DNA from: an uncultured Ruminococcus sp.
GTDB lineage: Bacteria > Bacillota > Clostridia > Oscillospirales > Acutalibacteraceae
Direction: 5' to 3'
Assembly (NCBI GenBank): GCA_905234535.1
Contig: CAJOII010000001.1
Span: forward strand, 5,148-69,147
Length of the DNA: 64,000 bases
In this document: positions 58,011 to 64,000 of the stretch, piece by piece
How the letters are laid out: the number at the start of each line of letters is the position of its first letter
Numbering within the stretch: position 1 is the stretch's first letter
Made by a program: the position numbers and the translations under genes
Notes under the pieces: model-generated
What the model saw: only the letters and a program-made list of their open reading frames with translations
Database searches by the model: none
Told to the model about the DNA's origin: nothing

Positions 58011-60551
58011 ATGAAAAGAATACTGTCTGTTATTTTATCACTTGTGATCGGAACACTTTCATCGGTGATACCGTTTAGCGCCGCGACCTATAAGCCTGCG
58101 GGCTCATCCACCGTCTCAGCAGATACACCTACCTGCGAAGAGGCGATCGAAGCGTGCGGCGGCAACCTGAACGATGTGCAGAGGATCTGCTTCCGGCTTC
58201 CGGCAGAGGATCCCGAGCACCCTGAGGATCACTGGACAAATCATTACAACTCTGACGATTTGGGCATCGATTACTGTCAAGCCTGTGTATACTGGTGGCA
58301 GGGCATCGGCAGTGAATGGCCTGACGGCACCAAGGTGCAGTGGCCGGGCTACAAAACAAAGCTGATCGACGCTGAAAACCGCATCTATGAAGCTTCGATT
58401 CCTTTGAGCGAGGACACCACCGCGATCATCTGGAACAACGGTGTGAACGGCGGCGCCGACTCCACGCAGGAAATCTCCTCTTATGCCCATATGCTTAAAG
58501 CTGCCTATGTCAAAGGTGCTGAGCCGGGAGAGTATGACACCCTCCCCGAGGGCTCGCCCGATCGTGATACTATGGATGGATGTATTCAGATCGTCTCATC
58601 CGATGAAAGAGCTACCGCCGAGCTCTCCAACCTACACAGCTTTGACTGGTATATATACTACGGGGACGGCTGCTATGGGAGCTATCCCGAGAGCAGCGAG
58701 AACTACCGCGGAAGATACGCGTCCTGCCTAAACCCCGAGCACGATCACACCTCTTTAGTATATCTGCGCGGCGACGCAGATAACGACTCTAAGGTGACCA
58801 TCATCGACGCCACCGTGATACAGAAAAAACTCGCAAGCATAAAGGTAAGATCCTTTAACGAGAAAGCGGCGGATATCGACGGAAAAGGTCTCGATATCAC
58901 CGACGCGACAAAGATCCAGCGCTACTTGGCAGGCTATGCTGACCCCGATCATATCGGAGAGCCCTTCAGCGATGAAACGACGCCCGAGGAAGAACCCGCG
59001 CTCCCCTCGAAGGTCGATATGCGCGATTATAACGGAAGAAACTATGTGACGCGGGTCAAGAGCCAAAAATTCGGAGACTGCTGGTCGTTCAGCCTTGCGG
59101 GCGCCGCCGAGATTGCCTATCTGTTTGCGAATAACATGGGCGTGCCTGCGGGCGAGATCAACGATAATGTCGATTTCTCCGAGAAGTACATCGTATGGTA
59201 TATGTTCCACGGAATCAGTGAAGACGATGTGATAACAGGCAGAGTGCGCGCCTCTCAGGTCGGCGAGGGCTTTGATCTCTCAGAAGCTGACAGCGAGAGA
59301 GAGCTCACCGCGTACTTCATCGGAGGCCCGTTCGTGCACGACGCGAACCTGTTCGGCGCGGGATTCGGCCCGGTCGACGAGAGCATCGAGCTAAACGGCG
59401 AGTATCCGTATGCGTATGACGATGAGTGGGACGGAGAATGGACGCTCCCCTTGAATGCCCTCTACCGCAGCGCCCCCGCGGGCGCGTCTCTCAGATGCAG
59501 CCGTATTCTGTCGTCTCCCGCAGCGATCGATGAGAACAAAAGCTACAGCTTCAACGAAGAGGGGCTCGAAGGCATCAAGTCGGAGATCTTCAAAGGCCAC
59601 GGCGTGTCTCTCGCGCTCAATGCGAGCAGCGGGTATAACGCTGAGAACAAGGCGGTCTATCACGGTCGCGTGACAACGCCGAATCACGCGGTCGTCGCGG
59701 TCGGATATGACGATGACTATCCGAAGGAGAATTTCACAAGATATAACGCCCGCGGAATAGCCACCGAAGGAAGTACCCCTCCCGAAAACGGCGCCTTCAT
59801 CATCAAAAACAGCTGGGGTATCTCTGAGAGCGAAGAGGACGGATACTTCTATCTCTCCTACTACGATCAAAGCATCACTACGCCGCTGAGCTATGAGTTT
59901 GACAGCGAAAAATCTCTCAGGCATACCGAGGTCAACTTTGATCAATACGATCTGATGATGACAAACTGGTACGGCAGCACACAGTATGACACAGAGACGA
60001 AGATCGCGAATGTGTTTGACGCCGAGGAGGATGAGAACCTGTATCAGATCGAATACAGAACAAGCGCTCCCGATACCGAGGTAAGCTACGAAATCTATAA
60101 GGATGTTGAAAGCGACGATCCTTCATCGGGCATACTGCTCGAAACGGGCACATACCGCCACACCTATCCGGGCTTCTACAAAATCGACCTTGATCATGAA
60201 TACACGCTCAAAAAAGGCGAAAACTACGCGGTCGTTCTTACCATGCGGCGCTTGAGCGATAACGGAAAAACCATGGTGTACACCGAGGTCTTCCCGTATT
60301 CTACCGAGTTCTTTGAGGGTATGAGCGTGAAGGGGATCGTCAACAAAAGCGAAAGCTACCTGTATACCGGCGGCAAATGGCACGATATGGCGGATATGAA
60401 GGACAGCCTGACCGAGAGGGCTTATCAATACTGTGAGGAACAACTTCGCATCGATCCGTCGCTCCCGAAAATCAAACTCAACGGCAAGGAGAATATGGCG
60501 ATCGACAACTATCCGATCAAAGCCATCTCAGCGCCTGCCGGCAAATCTTAA
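58011..60551 (+). CDS. Secreted papain-like (C1) cysteine peptidase with N-terminal CBM-like module and type I dockerin
   Basis: 846 aa; signal peptide; dockerin F-hand pair DADNDSKVTIID / DIDGKGLDITD (nt ~58764-58934); catalytic QKFGDCWSFS, NHAVVAVGYDD, KNSWG. Confidence 0.85.
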   Translation: MKRILSVILSLVIGTLSSVIPFSAATYKPAGSSTVSADTPTCEEAIEACGGNLNDVQRICFRLPAEDPEHPEDHWTNHYNSDDLGIDYCQACVYWWQGIGSEWPDGTKVQWPGYKTKLIDAENRIYEASIPLSEDTTAIIWNNGVNGGADSTQEISSYAHMLKAAYVKGAEPGEYDTLPEGSPDRDTMDGCIQIVSSDERATAELSNLHSFDWYIYYGDGCYGSYPESSENYRGRYASCLNPEHDHTSLVYLRGDADNDSKVTIIDATVIQKKLASIKVRSFNEKAADIDGKGLDITDATKIQRYLAGYADPDHIGEPFSDETTPEEEPALPSKVDMRDYNGRNYVTRVKSQKFGDCWSFSLAGAAEIAYLFANNMGVPAGEINDNVDFSEKYIVWYMFHGISEDDVITGRVRASQVGEGFDLSEADSERELTAYFIGGPFVHDANLFGAGFGPVDESIELNGEYPYAYDDEWDGEWTLPLNALYRSAPAGASLRCSRILSSPAAIDENKSYSFNEEGLEGIKSEIFKGHGVSLALNASSGYNAENKAVYHGRVTTPNHAVVAVGYDDDYPKENFTRYNARGIATEGSTPPENGAFIIKNSWGISESEEDGYFYLSYYDQSITTPLSYEFDSEKSLRHTEVNFDQYDLMMTNWYGSTQYDTETKIANVFDAEEDENLYQIEYRTSAPDTEVSYEIYKDVESDDPSSGILLETGTYRHTYPGFYKIDLDHEYTLKKGENYAVVLTMRRLSDNGKTMVYTEVFPYSTEFFEGMSVKGIVNKSESYLYTGGKWHDMADMKDSLTERAYQYCEEQLRIDPSLPKIKLNGKENMAIDNYPIKAISAPAGKS

Positions 60552-60580
60552 AGCAAAAAATTATATCAAAGCATAAAAAG

Positions 60581-60618
60581 CACCGCTGAAATCCATCGTT
60601 TCAGCGGTGTTTATTATG
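60581..60618 (+). terminator. Intrinsic terminator after the peptidase gene
   Basis: CACCGCTGAAA-loop-TTTCAGCGGTG hairpin followed by TTTATTATG. Confidence 0.7.
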
Positions 60619-60647
60619 TTCAAAACCAGTTTTATGACATTCTGTAA

Positions 60648-60960
60648 TCACAGATTAAACGCGTCCGTCAAATCTTCCAGCTTCGTGTTATCCTTCCTGA
60701 CATAATACAGCTCTGTGATCTCGGTGGTGGTATGTCCGAGGAGATCGGCGACCTATTTTACAGTCAGACTCTTGATAGAACCGTCTGCAGAGGTTGATCG
60801 GTTTGAGATAGCCGCCGTCATTTGGAATTAACGGTGCGTCCTCGCCAAGATAATCTTCCTCTCAATCTTCTCGATTGCCGTATCAACGGTACGCTTCTTG
60901 CGCTCGTTGCGCTTTTGGGAGGTCACGCCAAAGAATCAAAAGGACGATAGCGAATACTGA
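60648..60960 (-). pseudogene. C-terminal remnant of a tyrosine recombinase/phage integrase
   Basis: One frame reads ...DGSIKSLTVK*VADLLGHTTTEITELYYVRKDNTKLEDLTDAFNL* with two in-frame stops; LLGH..(T/S)....Y is the integrase box II region; N-terminal ~250 aa absent. Confidence 0.7.
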
Positions 60961-60993
60961 TATCAGCTATACCTTTTTGTTTTATATAAGCAA

Positions 60994-61026
60994 ATCTCAG
61001 CGGCAAGCGAAAACTGCCGCTGAGAT
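60994..61026 (-). terminator. Hairpin after the 42-aa ORF (weak U tract)
   Basis: ATCTCAGCGGCA-loop-TGCCGCTGAGAT 12-bp stem. Confidence 0.4.
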
Positions 61027-61050
61027 CACAAATGTTTTTACAAAACAGAT

Positions 61051-61179
61051 TTACGATTTTGGATTATACGGTACAAACGGGAGTTCATCATCTTCACCGC
61101 TGGTGCAAATGACATCCTTGGTCTGAAACTCGATGATTTCCAACTCGGTGCGATCATACTTTTCTTTGTTCATATTCAT
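61051..61179 (-). CDS. 42-aa hypothetical peptide MNMNKEKYDRTELEIIEFQTKDVICTSGEDDELPFVPYNPKS
   Basis: Below the ORF-track cutoff; GGAAAGGA RBS 5-6 nt upstream of ATG; 21 nt downstream of the repeat-protein stop; followed by a hairpin. Confidence 0.4.
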   Translation of the reverse strand: MNMNKEKYDRTELEIIEFQTKDVICTSGEDDELPFVPYNPKS

Positions 61180-61200
61180 GCACATCCTTTCCGGTTAGTT

Positions 61201-62058
61201 TTAAATAATATTCGCGCCGGATTCGATGTTGACGGAGCCGCAGCTGCCATCATCACCGGCTCCTATACTATGATTGCCGCTGGTGTGGATTGTGCCGCCG
61301 GTGATATTGATGTTGCCGCAACTGCCTTCAAAACCGGTTCCGATACCGGCACCTCCCCACACGCCGGAGGCGTTTACGGTACCGCCGGTGATAGTGATGT
61401 TGCCGCACCCGCCACAGAATCCGCTTCCGATACCGGCGCCATAATCACCGCCGTTAGCCGTAACAGTGCCGCCGTTGATGGTGATGTCGCCGCAACTGCC
61501 GCTGTCACCGGTTCCGATACCGGCGCCACAACCACCGCCGTTAGCCGTAACAGTGCCGCCGCTGATAGTGATGCCGCCGCAACTGCCTAATTCACCGCAT
61601 CCGATACCGGCGCCATACTCACCGCCGTTAGCTGTAACAGTGCCGCCGTTGATGGTGATGCTGCCGCAACCGGCTTCATTACTGCCTCCGATACCGGCGC
61701 TGCCATCGCTGCCGGTGGCAGTGATTGTGCCACCGTTGATGACGATATTACCTACTGCACCAATTCCATATCCGCCGCCGATGCCGCAGGCATTGCCGTT
61801 GGACGAAGCGTCGAGCGAGCCGGTGCCGTCGATAGTGAGGGTTTTGTTACCGGGAACATAAATGCCCGGATTATCACCGCCGCCCCTGACGGTGTTCGTA
61901 CCCTCTAAGAGGATGGTCGCGTCGCCCAAGGGAGTGATGCCGGCTTTGCCGTCCATGCAGGTAATATTCGCGTCTTTGAGGGTAACAGTCGCGCCGTCGG
62001 CAATAGAGATTTTGTAGTTGCCTTGGAGCGTGCCGAGGATGATGGTGCCGTCATTCAC
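61201..62058 (-). CDS. Gly/Cys-rich protein of six ~29-aa repeats (predicted beta-helix-like), probably 5'-truncated
   Basis: Repeat ITI.GGTVTANGG.YGAGIG.G..GSCG.; GTG start with GAGGAG RBS but frame stays open 20 codons further upstream to the AT-rich junction; no signal peptide. Confidence 0.55.
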   Translation of the reverse strand: MNDGTIILGTLQGNYKISIADGATVTLKDANITCMDGKAGITPLGDATILLEGTNTVRGGGDNPGIYVPGNKTLTIDGTGSLDASSNGNACGIGGGYGIGAVGNIVINGGTITATGSDGSAGIGGSNEAGCGSITINGGTVTANGGEYGAGIGCGELGSCGGITISGGTVTANGGGCGAGIGTGDSGSCGDITINGGTVTANGGDYGAGIGSGFCGGCGNITITGGTVNASGVWGGAGIGTGFEGSCGNINITGGTIHTSGNHSIGAGDDGSCGSVNIESGANII

Positions 62059-62273
62059 GACAGTCTCCTCGGTTACATTGTCAAGGATGTAAAAATATGT
62101 AATATAACCATCAATTGACTAAAAGCCAAGCAAATAAAACAAACAGTTACCAAAATTTATTGTTTTCACACTAAAAGTTTCAAAATTTTAATTTCTTAAA
62201 AGAAAGTCAAGAGAATTGATGAAAATTATTTTATACTTATTACAATTTTCTAATATTTTTAAACATATTTCAA

Positions 62274-62305
62274 GAGGGTGTTCCAGAATGGAACACTCTA
62301 TTTTC
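62274..62305 (+). terminator. Terminator-like hairpin in AT-rich segment
   Basis: GTGTTCCA-GAA-TGGAACAC followed by TCTATTTTC. Confidence 0.4.
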
Positions 62306-62599
62306 ATTATTAACGCCTTCTTCCTATCTCAGCAGAGTTATTATTCACATAAAGAATATTAGGAGTCACAAGTTATGTTTATGAGGACTTTATCTGTCCA
62401 TTAATAAAATTCTGCACATAGACAAACTTGACCTCAGCCGTAGTTTAGCCGCATTTGAAAAAGTCTTTGAAATGGCAGCAGAGAGGAAAGAATACTGTTG
62501 AAAGGCTCTAAAAAGTGTTTGATTCCCTTAATTATGGAATATCGAGATCAAATGATGTAGAATCGACCCGGGAAAAGTAACAGACTTTTGAAATATTTC

Positions 62600-62628
62600 G
62601 TGACTTTTCAAGGGTGAGATGTTATACT
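62600..62628 (+). promoter_or_regulatory. Candidate promoter upstream of the tRNA-Trp fragment
   Basis: GTGACT - 17 nt - TATACT, ~64 nt upstream of tRNA position 1. Confidence 0.35.
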
Positions 62629-62691
62629 ATTTCTCGCATGAAAGAGGGCGCCGCACATCAGCGCGACACCCGATCTCACAACCAAATATTT

Positions 62692-62729
62692 AGGGGTATA
62701 GCTCAGTTGGTAGAGCAGCGGTCTCCAAA
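62692..62729 (+). pseudogene. 5' half of tRNA-Trp (CCA), truncated after the anticodon loop
   Basis: AGGGGTA-TA-GCTC-AGTTGGTA-GAGC-A-GCGGT-CTCCAAA then CTTTC instead of the expected ACCGC; no T arm or acceptor 3' strand downstream. Confidence 0.7.
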
Positions 62730-62740
62730 CTTTCAAAAGT

Positions 62741-62763
62741 GACTTCGTATGAAGTCTTTTTTT
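62741..62763 (+). terminator. Intrinsic terminator 11 nt after the tRNA break point
   Basis: GACTTC-GTAT-GAAGTC followed by TTTTTTT. Confidence 0.6.
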
Positions 62764-62970
62764 ATGCTCAAAATCCGAAAAAGCGGCTTAAACACTGACT
62801 ACTTGTGTAATAAGCACATAGGCAATTATCAGCAGAGAAAGAATGATTTTTGATCAAAAATCCGAAAGATTTTGAACAAAAAATCCTGAAAGCAGTATAA
62901 TAGCATCATTTGAGTAGTACCGCTGAAAAACTACCAAAAAATCATTGCAAAAACCACTCTGAAAAGGTAT

Positions 62971-63012
62971 GAAAAATCACCGCCGAATCAATCAATATCA
63001 GCGGTGATTTCT
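62971..63012. terminator. Bidirectional terminator-like hairpin downstream of the permease gene
   Basis: ATCACCGC-17 nt loop-GCGGTGAT flanked by A5 and TTCTTTAT. Confidence 0.4.
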
Positions 63013-63062
63013 TTATACTCGCACAGTCTTTTGCTCTTCAAAACTGTGCCGTTTTTTTATTG

Positions 63063-63752
63063 TCAGGATGTTTGCAGATGGGTGTTATACGCCTTTGTCT
63101 TTTTCTCAAGTAATCGCAGGATCGTATCCGCGACGAGGGCGATGATCACGCACAGGATCGTACCCCATATGATCTTATAGGTATTCATCGTACGCAGTCC
63201 CGAGAGCAATATCTTTCCCAACCCTCCTGCGTTGATGGTCGCTGCTATCGTGGCGATTCCGGTGGTGGAGATGATCGCGAGTCTTATACCGGCGATAATT
63301 GACGGCATAGCGAGCGGGAGCTGTACTCGGGTGACAAGCTGCCACTTACTCATGCCCATACCTGTACCGGCTTCGAGGATACTTTTGTCCACATTCTGCA
63401 TACCGGTCATAAAGTTGCGGATCAAAAGGTACTGGTTATACAGAACAAGGACAGGAATAGCAGTCTTGTTGCCGAGTCCCAAAAGCGGTATCAACAGCGC
63501 GAATAAAGCAAGCGACGGGATGGAATAAACCTCGCTGAAAAAGTTGACGACGATGTTCGTCGCTCTCTCCGACTTCAGCAGGAACCAACAGATGATCGCC
63601 GCGAGCGCAATCGAGATCAACAGAGTCGAGAACACGATTCCGAGGTGCTCGAGAAATGCCTCCATCAGCTTCACCGCGCCGAACGCGTCTGTCTGTAAAA
63701 GGTCTTTTCCGCGTGAGCCCGCGAGGAAATAGACAGCGTCCATATCTTTCAT
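63063..63752 (-). CDS. ABC transporter permease, OpuCB/ProW-like (osmoprotectant type)
   Basis: C-terminal 229 aa of the 309-aa ORF from internal MKDMDAVYFL; 5-6 TM, EAGTGMGMSKWQLVTRVQLP EAA-type loop. Confidence 0.75.
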   Translation of the reverse strand: MKDMDAVYFLAGSRGKDLLQTDAFGAVKLMEAFLEHLGIVFSTLLISIALAAIICWFLLKSERATNIVVNFFSEVYSIPSLALFALLIPLLGLGNKTAIPVLVLYNQYLLIRNFMTGMQNVDKSILEAGTGMGMSKWQLVTRVQLPLAMPSIIAGIRLAIISTTGIATIAATINAGGLGKILLSGLRTMNTYKIIWGTILCVIIALVADTILRLLEKKTKAYNTHLQTS

Positions 63753-64000
63753 ATGACTTGTACCGCTTTCACCGACCACGAAGCACCCGCACTTACCGCA
63801 GAACAGCTTCGTGGTGAGCAGATATTCGTCCTCTGCCTTGTGTTTGGCAGGGGCTTTCTTTGTCTGCGCCATACGCTCCTGTACACGCTCAAACAGTTCC
63901 TCGCTCACGATTGCGGGAATTACATTCGGGTACACGACATCGGCATACCGATACTCACCGATGTATTTGCGGTTGTGAAGCATTCTGGTCACGCTGTTGA
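63753..64000 (-). pseudogene. Internal fragment of a large serine recombinase (recombinase domain to start of zinc ribbon), running off the right edge
   Basis: ...NSVTRMLHNRKYIGEYRY...EELFERVQE...LFCGKCGCFVVGESGTSH then abrupt switch to permease sequence in the same frame. Confidence 0.7.

Larger units (their letters stand above)
60620..64000. mobile_element. Degraded integrative-element / rearrangement junction zone
   Basis: Tyrosine integrase remnant, truncated repeat-protein gene, AT-rich segment with half a tRNA, serine recombinase fragment. Confidence 0.4.

Noticed and set aside
61270-61861. Plus-strand ORFs of 106 and 131 aa (Ala/Thr/Asp-rich and Pro-rich)
   Set aside because: They are antisense frames of the 87-nt-period Gly/Cys-rich repeat gene. 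Their periodicity is inherited from that gene.
62692-63060. An intron-interrupted (group I) tRNA-Trp
   Set aside because: No 3' exon (anticodon-stem 3' strand, T arm, TACCCCT acceptor strand) is present downstream. In addition, a canonical intrinsic terminator follows 11 nt after the break.

Overview
This 64-kb window comes from a moderately GC-rich, spore-forming Firmicute. It is class Clostridia. The gene content plus a dockerin-bearing enzyme suggest an Oscillospiraceae/Ruminococcaceae-like starch degrader, which is inference only.

All calls were made by eye from the ORF translations and the nucleotide sequence. No searches or folding programs were run.

**Layout**
- **0-50 kb:** a dense, mostly minus-strand core-genome stretch.
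  - It carries pfkA, dnaE, xseA, a Kae1/TsaD-like gene, nusB, a type I pullulanase and the complete spoIIIAA-AH operon.
  - It continues with ligA, an ispH-S1 fusion, plsC, cmk, a BaiN-like flavoprotein, RpiR and XRE regulators, and a PASTA-domain pseudokinase.
  - Next are tRNA-Ala(GGC), recG, a yloV/fakA-like gene, ymdB, yqfD/yqfC, a ylbJ-like gene, asnB and a PAP2 phosphatase.
  - metK sits behind a SAM-I riboswitch, followed by a DUF4037-type nucleotidyltransferase.
  - A GH13 amylase lies divergent from a CUT1 sugar ABC importer, followed by a GT4-GT4-acyltransferase operon.
- **50-60.5 kb:** an accessory-looking block. An OmpR/HK two-component system is divergent from a six-gene operon.
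  - The operon encodes a solute-binding protein, two CUT1 permeases, a MacA-like adaptor, an FtsX/MacB-like permease, and a secreted dockerin-bearing papain-like protease.
  - No ABC ATPase gene is present in the block.
- **60.6-64 kb:** a scrambled junction zone.
  - It holds a tyrosine-integrase remnant, a 42-aa ORF and a Gly/Cys-rich 29-aa-repeat gene that is probably 5'-truncated.
  - A ~1-kb AT-rich non-coding segment carries a promoter, only the 5' half of tRNA-Trp, and a terminator.
  - An OpuCB-like permease is fused in frame to a large-serine-recombinase fragment.

**Most unusual signals**
1. A modular mosaic intergenic repeat family, built from heptamer arrays plus GC hairpins, is present in at least 10 gaps.
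2. A ~330-nt ORF-free, highly structured segment is co-transcribed with tRNA-Ala and bracketed by copies of the tRNA 3' end.
3. The ATPase-less transporter/adaptor/protease operon has a phased operator-like repeat array.
4. The degraded mobile-element junction lies at the right edge.

I saw no CRISPR array, no rRNA and no recognisable defence system.
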